Source of the DNA: Pseudomonadota bacterium
Lineage (GTDB): Bacteria; Bdellovibrionota_B; Oligoflexia; Oligoflexales; CAIYRB01
DNA: 18,651 bases
Direction of reading: 5' to 3'
NCBI GenBank assembly: GCA_031416315.1
Contig: JANOTL010000221.1
Coordinates: 1 to 18,651, forward strand
This document shows, in pieces, positions 8,267 to 16,529 of this stretch. The stretch's first letter is position 1. Each line of letters begins with the position of its first letter. Under the pieces are notes generated by a model. That model had not been told where the DNA came from. It searched no databases and saw nothing but the letters and a program-made list of their open reading frames with translations. A program made the position numbers and the translations under genes.

Positions 8267-9157
8267 CTAAATCGAAGTCTTAGACTTGCGATCGAAGCGC
8301 TTGGCGAAGTCGCAGCGCCGGCACAGGTCCTCGACCAGCTCCCCGCGTCGAAATCCGGCGCGCATCGCCTCGGCCCGTGGGCTCGCGAGGATCTCCGTCA
8401 AAGGCGTCTCGTGGATGTTGCCGAGCCGGATCACCGCCTCCTTGTCGAGGCAGCACGGCACGACGGCCCCGTCCGTGTGGATCGCGACGTGCGAGGAAAG
8501 GCCGTGGCAGAAGCCCTTCTGCGCGCGTACGGGCTCCCGCGGCGACGGCCACACGAAGCGCGAATCGAAGTGCAGGTAGATGCGCCCGGAAAGCTGGAGG
8601 TTTTTGCGGCGGCGCACGTCGATCGCCCGAGCGTCGAGAGAGATGCCGAACTCGCGCTCGACGCCTTCACGCAGCGCCGTGTTCTCCGCGGTGAAAGACG
8701 TCGCGCAGGCGAGATCCCACAAACGCAGGTTGACGTAGAGATCCGGCCGCCGCGCGAGCGCCGCGCGCGTCAGCGCGAACACGCGCGCCAGATATTCGTC
8801 GGGCGACGTTCCCGGAAAGTTCGCGGCGAAGCTGTGGAGCGAGACGTTCACCTGCCGGATCACGGGATCGAGCAGGGTGTCGTGCAGCTCCTCGCGGAAG
8901 AACGTGCCGTTCGTGACGAGGAAGACGCGCACGCCTTTTTCGCCGCAGCGCCGGATGAAGTCGCGAAAGCGCGGGTGGCCGAGCGGCTCGCCCATAAGGT
9001 GCAACGCGATCTCATCCGTAAGCGGCAGGACCTCGTCCAAGGTCTTGTCGAACTGCGCCGGCGTGATGACCCGCTTGGCCCGCTCGACCGGCGGACAGAA
9101 GCTGCACGCCAGGTTGCAGACGTTGGTGATCTCGATGTAGACGCGGCGGAATTTCAT
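8267..9157 (-). CDS. Radical SAM protein with C-terminal SPASM/twitch domain
   Basis: CNLACSFC (CxxxCxxC), MGEPL, VTNGT, VSLHS; C-terminal C...DGAVVPCC...LGNI...CRRC. Confidence 0.9.
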   Translation of the reverse strand: MKFRRVYIEITNVCNLACSFCPPVERAKRVITPAQFDKTLDEVLPLTDEIALHLMGEPLGHPRFRDFIRRCGEKGVRVFLVTNGTFFREELHDTLLDPVIRQVNVSLHSFAANFPGTSPDEYLARVFALTRAALARRPDLYVNLRLWDLACATSFTAENTALREGVEREFGISLDARAIDVRRRKNLQLSGRIYLHFDSRFVWPSPREPVRAQKGFCHGLSSHVAIHTDGAVVPCCLDKEAVIRLGNIHETPLTEILASPRAEAMRAGFRRGELVEDLCRRCDFAKRFDRKSKTSI

Positions 9158-9203
9158 TTTGCAGTCAGGGAGCTTATAGTGACGGAAGGGGAGGCGCCAC
9201 CAG

Positions 9204-10043
9204 ATGATCGGATACCAAGGCGAGCCGGGAGCTTACAGCGAGGAGGCGCTGCGCCAGGCGTTCGGCGCGCGGGCAGAAGCCCGGCCGTTCGCCGACTTCG
9301 CCGGCGTCTTCGCGGCGGTCCAACGGGGCCGAATCGAAGCCGGCATGATCCCCATCGAGAACTCGCTGGCGGGGAGCGTCCATCAGAATTACGACCTCCT
9401 ACGCAAGCACGAGGTCTGGATTGAGCGCGAGCTGAAGCTGCGCGTGCGGCACAACTTGCTGGCGCCGAAAGGCGCGACTCTGAAGACGATCCGCCGCGTG
9501 CTCTCGCATCCTCAGGCGCTGTCACAGTGCGCGCGTTTCCTGGCGAAGCAGCGGAAGATCGAGCTCGTGCCCTACTTCGACACCGCGGGCGCCGCGCGCT
9601 ACGTCGCCCAGACCGGGGATCCGAGCCTGGCAGCCGTCGCCTCGAGCCGCGCCGCCGAGAATTACGGGCTTTTGGCGCTGGCGCGCGGCATCGAGGACGA
9701 CGAGGCGAACTTCACGCGCTTCCTCGTCATCCGCAAGCTGACGGCGCGCCGGAAGGCCCAGCCCGGCGCGAAAAAATCGCGCGCGCCGATGAAGACCTCG
9801 CTCGTCTTCTCGCTCCGCAACGCGCCCGGAGCGATGCACAAGGGCCTCGCCGTCTTCGCGCTCCGCGACATCGACCTCTACAAGATCGAGTCGCGCCCGC
9901 TTCCCGGCAGTCCGTGGCAGTACCTCTTCTACCTAGACGTCGCGGGCGCCTACGCGGACGAGCCCGTTCACCGCGCCGTGGAGCACCTGAAAGAGATCTC
10001 CACCTACCTGAAGGTCCTCGGTTCATATCCTCGGATCGATTGA
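9204..10043 (+). CDS. pheA: Prephenate dehydratase (monofunctional, PDT + ACT)
   Basis: GYQGEPGAYS, PIENSLAGSV, SHPQALSQC, NFTRF, KIESRP, YLFYLD, VLGSYP; GGAGG SD 9 nt upstream; in-frame stop just upstream, so no chorismate mutase domain. Confidence 0.95.
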   Translation: MIGYQGEPGAYSEEALRQAFGARAEARPFADFAGVFAAVQRGRIEAGMIPIENSLAGSVHQNYDLLRKHEVWIERELKLRVRHNLLAPKGATLKTIRRVLSHPQALSQCARFLAKQRKIELVPYFDTAGAARYVAQTGDPSLAAVASSRAAENYGLLALARGIEDDEANFTRFLVIRKLTARRKAQPGAKKSRAPMKTSLVFSLRNAPGAMHKGLAVFALRDIDLYKIESRPLPGSPWQYLFYLDVAGAYADEPVHRAVEHLKEISTYLKVLGSYPRID

Positions 10044-10064
10044 ATTCTTTGAGCCTGGAAGGAA

Positions 10065-11147
10065 ATGCCCGTGAAACTCGTCCTCGCCCTAGCCCTGCTG
10101 CTCGCCGCTCCCGCCGCCCTTGCCTGGGACGCGAAGAGCTTCAAGAAGCCCTCGCAGGCCGAGCTGAAAAAAAAGTTGAGCGCGCTGCAATTCTCCGTGA
10201 CGCAAGAGGACGACACCGAGCGACCGTTCAAGAACGAGTTCCACGACAACCACGCCGAAGGCCTTTACGTCGACGTCGTGTCGGGTGAGCCCTTGTTCAG
10301 CTCGGCCGACAAGTTCGACTCCGGCACCGGCTGGCCGAGCTTCACCAGGCCGCTGAGCAAAGATGCGGTGACGGAGAAGGTCGACAAGAGCCTCCTCTCG
10401 GTCCGCACCGAGGTGCGCTCGAAGCTGGCCGATTCGCACCTGGGCCACGTCTTCGACGACGGGCCGAAACCGACCGGGCTCCGCTATTGCATGAATTCCG
10501 CGTCGTTGCGCTTCATCCCGAAGGACAAGCTCGCGGCGGAGGGTTACGGCGAGTACGTGAAGCTCTTCGCCGCCGCCCCGGCCGCACCGACCGGCGGCAA
10601 CACCGGCGGCAGCGCCAGCGCTGAAGCGAAAGCCGTCTTCGCCGGCGGCTGCTTCTGGTGCATGGAGCCGCCCTTCGAGAAGTTGGACGGCGTCCGCGAG
10701 GTCCTCTCCGGCTACGCCGGCGGCACGGTGGTGAACCCGACCTACGAGCAGGTCGGCGCCGGCGGTACCGGCCACCTCGAAGTCGTTCAGGTCATCTACG
10801 ACCCGAAAAAGGTGAGCTACGAGCAGCTCCTCGACACGTTCTGGCACTCGATCGACCCGACCGATGCGGGCGGTCAGTTCGTCGACCGCGGCGAGCCGTA
10901 CAAGCCGGCAATCTTCGTCGCCGGCGATGCCGAGCGCCAAGCCGCGGCGGCCTCGATCGCGGCGCTGGAAAAGTCCGGCGTCCTGGGCAAGAAGGTCGCG
11001 ACCGAGATCCGGCCGGCCGCGCCGTTCTACCCGGCCGAGGAGTATCACCAGGACTATTACAAGAAGAATCCGATCCGCTACAAGTACTACAGGCACAACT
11101 CGGGCCGCGACCAGTACCTCGAAAAAATCTGGGGCAAGAAGTCGTGA
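10065..11147 (+). CDS. msrAB: Exported methionine sulfoxide reductase fusion, MsrB then MsrA
   Basis: Signal peptide ending ALA|W. MsrB motifs [32 protein letters not shown]. MsrA motifs [23 protein letters not shown]. Confidence 0.95.
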   Translation: MPVKLVLALALLLAAPAALAWDAKSFKKPSQAELKKKLSALQFSVTQEDDTERPFKNEFHDNHAEGLYVDVVSGEPLFSSADKFDSGTGWPSFTRPLSKDAVTEKVDKSLLSVRTEVRSKLADSHLGHVFDDGPKPTGLRYCMNSASLRFIPKDKLAAEGYGEYVKLFAAAPAAPTGGNTGGSASAEAKAVFAGGCFWCMEPPFEKLDGVREVLSGYAGGTVVNPTYEQVGAGGTGHLEVVQVIYDPKKVSYEQLLDTFWHSIDPTDAGGQFVDRGEPYKPAIFVAGDAERQAAAASIAALEKSGVLGKKVATEIRPAAPFYPAEEYHQDYYKKNPIRYKYYRHNSGRDQYLEKIWGKKS

Positions 11148-11507
11148 GCGCGGCGTCAAGCCGTGCGGGCCGCTCGCAGCGGATCGACCGTGACGACGAC
11201 GACTGATACGGGCGAGAGCCGTGAGCCGCCGGGCGCATCGCGAGCGACTCGTTTTCGATGCGTTTCATGGCGATCTCTCGGCCGAAATCGCAGCTTGCGT
11301 GACCGCCCGCAGGTCAAGGCCTAGCCGTGTCCGGGGCTTGCCCTCAAATGCGGCTCCCGCTCCGCCGCGGTCGCGCCGTCCGGAGAAATCGCCGCCGCTA
11401 AGCGGCCTCGGCCTTTGGCGATTCGCGTCCGGCTCAGCGCTCGGCTGAGCGGCACCGAGGAACCGCTCGGTCGGCTCGCCGGCCACCCCGCCTCCGCAGG
11501 AGTCCAC

Positions 11508-12491
11508 GTGCGCAACGCACCGCTCATTTTGACCCTAAGCCATCTTTTGGGCCTCGCCGGCTGCAACGGCACGCAGGCGGCGTTGGCGGCGAAGCGGCAG
11601 GCTCGAACGAGCGACGCGAAGGCGGCGGCCACGCCCGCGGCGCCCGAGACTTCGCCGAGCCCGCTGCAGCAGCAAGACTTAGAGGAAGAGACCGCAGATG
11701 AGCCGCAATTAGTCGTCGGCGCGTTTCTGGCCTGCGGGCTCGAGCGCACGCCGCCGCCGGAGAAGGCGGACCCGAACATGCGCACGTTCGGTTGTGCCAT
11801 GATCGCCAGCGGCGGCGTGCCATTGCAAGGCGCGTTCACCGAGCTCGCGGTGACGCACGTCAGCGAGGACGGCAGCGTCGAGCACCTCGACGTTCGCCCT
11901 GCGGCCGAAGGCCGTTGGCATTTCCTGTGGACGGCGCGCGCGGATCTGGCGCCGCATCCGGGAATCCTACGTTGGCAGGGCATGTTCGCGGGGACGGCGG
12001 TCTTCGGCGAGACGCAGGCGCCGCGCGGCAACGCCGACCCCGCAGTGCACGTCGCATTCCTGACGAGCGCGACGTACCGCTTCCTGCGCGAGCCCGACGC
12101 GAGCTGCGCCGGCCGCGCCGAGGCCGCCGGCCGCGCCGAATCCGGTTGGCGGGCGCTCGTCGATGGCGACGAGGCGAAGGCGAGAATGCGGATCGTGCTG
12201 TCGGCGCCGGTTGTCGACACGCTCGGGCAGCTAATCGCGACGCCCGACGCCTTCTGGGAGAAGGCGCTCGCCGAGCCCTTGCGCCTCGACGAGTTCGGCC
12301 GCCTCCTAGAGGCCGAGACGAGCGAAATTTGCGGGATGGGCCTGCGCGAGAATGGCCCAAACGACGACGACCACGAAGGCAATGAAGAAAACCAAGACCC
12401 CACGACCGATCACGATCATTCGTGCAGCTCGCTCTTCAAGAGCCGCCACCTCCTTTGCGTCAGCGGCGCGGCCGCCGAGGCTCGGGACTAG
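11508..12491 (+). CDS. Lipoprotein, likely paralog of 2862..4196, with divergent DUF1554-like domain (~327 aa)
   Basis: GTG 11508 preceded by AGGAG; lipobox LLGLAGC; shared GAFL.C, TFGC and WHF motifs; C-terminal AFLTS...C...WRALV...PVVDTLG..IA...FW...LLCVS. Confidence 0.7.
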   Translation: MRNAPLILTLSHLLGLAGCNGTQAALAAKRQARTSDAKAAATPAAPETSPSPLQQQDLEEETADEPQLVVGAFLACGLERTPPPEKADPNMRTFGCAMIASGGVPLQGAFTELAVTHVSEDGSVEHLDVRPAAEGRWHFLWTARADLAPHPGILRWQGMFAGTAVFGETQAPRGNADPAVHVAFLTSATYRFLREPDASCAGRAEAAGRAESGWRALVDGDEAKARMRIVLSAPVVDTLGQLIATPDAFWEKALAEPLRLDEFGRLLEAETSEICGMGLRENGPNDDDHEGNEENQDPTTDHDHSCSSLFKSRHLLCVSGAAAEARD

Positions 12492-12502
12492 AGGAAACCA
12501 GC

Positions 12503-13516
12503 ATGCGTCACGCCATTAGACTCGCGCTCATTGCCAGTATCGCCTCTGCCTGCGCCGGCGCGCCCGGCTTCATCGGCAAGGAAGTCGGCCGTACCACGGC
12601 CCCGCCGCCTGCGGCGCCGCCTTCAGGCTCCGCGCCGAAGGACGCCGACGCCAAGGCGGAGACGGCCGACGTTCCGGTGTGGATGAACGGCTCGTATCTG
12701 ACGTGCTCTTGGCTCGGCGTCACGGTCTCCGGCGCCGTCTCGGTGCAATGCTCTGCGTACGTGCCGAACCAGAAGTCGGTCACGAACGTCCACTGGCGCG
12801 TCTTCGCCGGCGCGAGCGAGATCGCCGCGGCGACCGGCGCCGACGTCACGCTCGTCGTGCCGGTCAAGGCGTTCGTCGAAGCGGTCGTCGTCGCCGACGT
12901 CAAGGGCGCGGCCGCTGCGCCGACGCAGATCGCCGCGCGTTTCGTCGACGTCCTGCCGGGCTTCGAGGCCGACGGCAAGCTCTCCGCATGCTTCGCTTCG
13001 AGCGCGGGCGCGAGCGCCTGTCTTGCCAGCGCGGGCGTGCCGGTCGGCCCTTCCGTGCGCGCCGAGCCGGCGCCCGAGCCGGCGCCCGAGCCGGTGCCGG
13101 CGGCTCCCTTACCTGCGCCGGTCGCCGTGCCCGAGCCGGCCGCGACGGCGACGCCTGCGCCAACTCCCGCGCCTTTGCCGGCGCCGAACCCTGCGCCTGC
13201 CTATGCGGCCTCCAATTACAACGGCGTCAAATACTATCGCGGCGGCGCGAACGAGAGCTGCACGGAAGTTTGCGCGACGCTCGGAGGCACGCGCCCCGAG
13301 ACGATCGACACGATCGGCAGCGGCGGCGACGTCAACGAATGCAGCGCGCTCGTCCTGTTGTTCGAGGATCTTTTCGTGCTCGGCAGCGATTCCGGCTTGG
13401 CGGGCGTCGGCTGCTCCTTCGACGCCGAAGGCTTGCCGCATCACGTGGTCGCGCCGGCGACGACGCAGGCGGCAAAGGCGCCAGGGGTGAGACGTCTTTG
13501 CGCCTGCTTGAATTAG
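12503..13516 (+). CDS. Lipoprotein with Pro/Ala stalk and Cys-rich C-terminal domain (337 aa)
   Basis: ATG 12503 preceded by GAGGA; lipobox IASAC; PEPAPEP/PAPTPAP stalk; terminal SCTEVC...C...C...RRLCAC domain. Confidence 0.75.
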   Translation: MRHAIRLALIASIASACAGAPGFIGKEVGRTTAPPPAAPPSGSAPKDADAKAETADVPVWMNGSYLTCSWLGVTVSGAVSVQCSAYVPNQKSVTNVHWRVFAGASEIAAATGADVTLVVPVKAFVEAVVVADVKGAAAAPTQIAARFVDVLPGFEADGKLSACFASSAGASACLASAGVPVGPSVRAEPAPEPAPEPVPAAPLPAPVAVPEPAATATPAPTPAPLPAPNPAPAYAASNYNGVKYYRGGANESCTEVCATLGGTRPETIDTIGSGGDVNECSALVLLFEDLFVLGSDSGLAGVGCSFDAEGLPHHVVAPATTQAAKAPGVRRLCACLN

Positions 13517-13534
13517 GCCGGAGCAGCCGGCCAT

Positions 13535-14554
13535 TCATTGCACGAGCGGCGTGAGATCGACGTTGTAGTACGTGAATGAGATTCCGGCTTTGACGATGAG
13601 GATCATCCGCTCATTGCCGGCTTTTCCCATCGGGCCAGGACCGGTCAGCATCGAGGTCTCGAACCCGCGATGGACTCCGTCCGTCCGATACTGCGCCCCA
13701 GGAATGGCGACGGAGAGCCCAGGCGTGGAGAAGAGGGATTCAGCTTCCGTAATCGTGAGGTTCGAGTCGAACGTATTCCGGACCAGTTTGTAAGTGACGT
13801 TCGCCAGATCGGTCGCGCCACAAACCGTGCCCGCAGCCGCGCCTGCGGTCATCGCAACCGGCGCTGGATCCACCGCGAGCGGATCGCCTACACATTGCAA
13901 CTTGAAGAAATACTCCCCTGCTCCCGTCTCGTCATCCATGCCGACAAAGCGGCCTGCGACGACTTCGAAGTGCGGCGCCTCCTGGTTGGCAACCGGAAGC
14001 AACTGCGGGTTGCCGACTGCATCTGAGAGCGCAAAGCTGCTAGCCTCATCGCGCAGCTTTGAGAAGGCATAGGCGATCACCTCATTGCTTCTAATCGTCG
14101 CGCCCAGCTGCGCGACGACCGTGACATGAATCAGCTCACCTTCGGCGCTAGCAAAGGTCGCGGTGTCGTTTGGGCGCCACGTCGTGAAATCGGCCGCACC
14201 TGAGCTGATAACGTCAAAGGGGACGCCTCCAACGCTAAACGCAGACAGTTTCGCAACGCAGGAGCGGTCGCCGCTGTAGAGTTCGACGCCGCCGTGATCA
14301 GCTTGAGTGACGGTCATGGAGCGACCCGAAGCACAGCCGGTCAACTCCACGGAATACTCTTCCGCCGCGATGGTAGGGGAACCAACGCTGACAGGAATTT
14401 TGACGGTCTTGCGGCCGACTCCGAGAGAGCTGCCGACGCTGGCCACCATCGTGCCTTCGTCTTTGCTCTCCGGGTCTTCCGGCGTCGGAGCGCTCGAGCA
14501 TGCGAGGAGGGCTAGAGTGCAGCTCGCGAGGATGAAGATGTTTTTGGCGTTCAT
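13535..14554 (-). CDS. Hypothetical beta-rich lipoprotein (339 aa)
   Basis: GAGGT SD; lipobox LALLAC; paired cysteines (GCASG...RSCVAKL; LQC...VCG); more A/T-ending codons than neighbours. Confidence 0.75.
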   Translation of the reverse strand: MNAKNIFILASCTLALLACSSAPTPEDPESKDEGTMVASVGSSLGVGRKTVKIPVSVGSPTIAAEEYSVELTGCASGRSMTVTQADHGGVELYSGDRSCVAKLSAFSVGGVPFDVISSGAADFTTWRPNDTATFASAEGELIHVTVVAQLGATIRSNEVIAYAFSKLRDEASSFALSDAVGNPQLLPVANQEAPHFEVVAGRFVGMDDETGAGEYFFKLQCVGDPLAVDPAPVAMTAGAAAGTVCGATDLANVTYKLVRNTFDSNLTITEAESLFSTPGLSVAIPGAQYRTDGVHRGFETSMLTGPGPMGKAGNERMILIVKAGISFTYYNVDLTPLVQ

Positions 14555-14587
14555 CGATACCTCGGTCAGGGCATTCCCTGCGGTTGA

Positions 14588-14604
14588 AGCAAGAGCCGTA
14601 CCGA
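14588..14604 (-). promoter_or_regulatory. Candidate sigma54 (-24/-12) promoter
   Basis: Minus strand TCGGTACGGCTCTTGCT versus consensus YTGGCACGRNNNTTGCW; exact GG-N10-GC spacing; about 35 nt upstream of ATG 14554. Confidence 0.6.
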
Positions 14605-14855
14605 GGCGCCGTCTCAGTTAAGTGACCATAAATGCTCAAGGAATGAAGGATCACGCGGTGCTAAAGTGGTGCGACAAAAGTTGCCAAAGCCAGCGCGAAG
14701 CGCGACATATGTCTCTATCACTGGTTCAAAGCCTGACGGACCGCCGGCTCCTCTCGACGCAACTCGCGTCGGGGCGCCAATACTGCGTGCGGACCGCGGC
14801 GCAAAGCGGCAAAATGATCCTTGCCGCTTCCCCGATCCGCACGCAGGAGCTCGTC

Positions 14856-16529
14856 ATGCATCGCATCGCCCCAGCTTGTCTCGTCGCCGCCTTGTTCACC
14901 GCCTCCGGTTGCGGCCAGCCCGCCGGCAGCTCCGACAACGCAGCAGGGCGCACGATCGAATTCATCCAGAAGAATGGCTTCCCCAAGCTCTCGACCTTGA
15001 TGCCGCACCTGCCGGCGCAGCTTGCGCGTATTCCGGGCGTCGCCACCAACGCGAGTGGCCTGCCGGAGCTCCCGCACGACGTGAGTAACGCGACCTTCGA
15101 CGACGTCGGCGCGCTTGTCTCCGCAGCGCAGGGGATCGCGGCGCAAGGCTTTTCGGAGTCACGTCGCCTGGAGGCCTCGCTCCTGAACCTTGTCGCCCCG
15201 GCCTACGATCTCCTCGGCCGCACCGACCTCTTCACCGGCGGCGGCGAGCCCACCGTGAAGGCCGGCTCGACCTTGGTCGCAAAGCCGCCGCTCGACGGCG
15301 ACCACTGGCTCGCGGCCGGCGAAAGCTCCGGGGTCACCTCGCTCTTCAACGAGCTCGTCAGCTCGGCCCGTTATGCCGTCGACGTCGGCGGCGAAGGCGG
15401 CCTGCCGCGCTACGTCGTCCTAGGCACCGACGTGGTCGCGAAGTCGATCGACATCAGCGGCGTCTGGCCGCAGGCCGGGAATTTCGCCACCGGCTTCGCC
15501 GCCAAGGTCCGGATCGAGTCTCTGGACGATTTCGGCGTCTCGATCACCTTCGCGCCGGGCCTCATCTCGGGGCTCATCGCGGACTGGGACAAGGCGAAGT
15601 GCCCCGACGATCTCTGGCAGCTGGACCTCGGCTCCGACCCGAGCGGGAAGAAGAGCTTGGCCATCACCGCGCGCGAATGCGTCTCGACCCGTGATCAAGT
15701 CTCGCAGCTCGCCCTGGCGCGGACCGACGCGACCGGCGCCTGGAACTTCAACGGCGCTTTCGCGCAGTCCTTCCCCGAGGCCGATCCGCAGAGCCTCCGC
15801 GGCTTCCTGGGCAAGCGTCAGGGCTTCGTGATGCAGGCCGCCGCGACCAACGACGTCGCCCGTGTCGCCGGCGCCGCCGCCGTCCTCGGGGAAGCGGACT
15901 TCACGGCGCCGACCCAGGACAAGATCGACCGTTTCGGCGTCGGCCAGATCCTGGCCCGCTTCTTCCAAGTGCGCTATTTCACCCCGAAGGTCGAGGCCGC
16001 GGAGTACGACGACGCCGCTTATTGGATGTGCAAGGCGCCTTTCGTCGCCTCCGCGATCCAGTCGGAGGTGGCGAACGTCAGCGAGCTCTGCGACGGCACG
16101 CAACTCGACGTCGAGACGATCCTCAGCACTTTGAAAGGCGCGCAACGCGAACTAAAATCTTCGGGTCTCGTCCCGTCCGACATCGAAAAACAGGTGGACG
16201 GCATGCTCGAGGTCTTGAACATCCGCAACACGCTCTTCGTCGGCGAGACCGGCTCCTTGGCCTACAAAATCGCGCCCGACCAAGCCTTCGCCAGCCTCGA
16301 CGAGGCGCGCAAGACCGGCCTACCGCCCGCCGTCGGCAACACCGCCTGGCTCGGCGGCGCGCAGGCCGTCTTGCCGAAGCTGACCCAAGCGGAGATCCCC
16401 GACACCGCCTTTAAAGCTCTTCAGTCAGGGCTCGGCGGCTTTCTGAAAGAGAGCTGCAAAGCGCTCGCGGGCGACGCTCAGGCCAAGGCCGGCAAAGCGG
16501 AAAGCGCGGCTTCGGTATGCGGCGGCTGA
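14856..16529 (+). CDS. Hypothetical lipoprotein (557 aa)
   Basis: ATG 14856 preceded by AGGAG; lipobox FTASGC; several Cys pairs; GC-rich codon usage starts here. The 14622 extension overlaps regulatory DNA. Confidence 0.75.
   Translation: MHRIAPACLVAALFTASGCGQPAGSSDNAAGRTIEFIQKNGFPKLSTLMPHLPAQLARIPGVATNASGLPELPHDVSNATFDDVGALVSAAQGIAAQGFSESRRLEASLLNLVAPAYDLLGRTDLFTGGGEPTVKAGSTLVAKPPLDGDHWLAAGESSGVTSLFNELVSSARYAVDVGGEGGLPRYVVLGTDVVAKSIDISGVWPQAGNFATGFAAKVRIESLDDFGVSITFAPGLISGLIADWDKAKCPDDLWQLDLGSDPSGKKSLAITARECVSTRDQVSQLALARTDATGAWNFNGAFAQSFPEADPQSLRGFLGKRQGFVMQAAATNDVARVAGAAAVLGEADFTAPTQDKIDRFGVGQILARFFQVRYFTPKVEAAEYDDAAYWMCKAPFVASAIQSEVANVSELCDGTQLDVETILSTLKGAQRELKSSGLVPSDIEKQVDGMLEVLNIRNTLFVGETGSLAYKIAPDQAFASLDEARKTGLPPAVGNTAWLGGAQAVLPKLTQAEIPDTAFKALQSGLGGFLKESCKALAGDAQAKAGKAESAASVCGG

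Noticed and set aside
5242..9157. RiPP cluster (radical SAM/SPASM plus peptidase)
   Set aside because: No precursor peptide, RRE domain or transporter. The hydrolase is exported, and a separate promoter candidate lies between the genes.
10167..10174. A8 run in msrAB as a phase-variation or frameshift site
   Set aside because: It encodes ordinary Lys codons in an intact frame; no sign of an alternative product.
11148..11507. c-di-GMP or other known riboswitch; small ORF 11221..11448
   Set aside because: I found no recognisable aptamer consensus, and the ORF has no convincing SD or protein-like features.
13516..13532. GGCCGG/CCGGCC hairpin between convergent genes as a terminator
   Set aside because: Only 6 bp with no U-tract on either strand; too weak to call.
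14560..14606. Three-way RNA junction (CCTCGGT/ACCGAGG) sequestering the SD of the 13535..14554 gene
   Set aside because: One arm lies inside the sigma54 motif and would not be transcribed if that promoter is real.
14622..14855. 78-codon extension of the 635-aa ORF
   Set aside because: It overlaps promoter and hairpin elements; the SD and lipoprotein signal point to ATG 14856.
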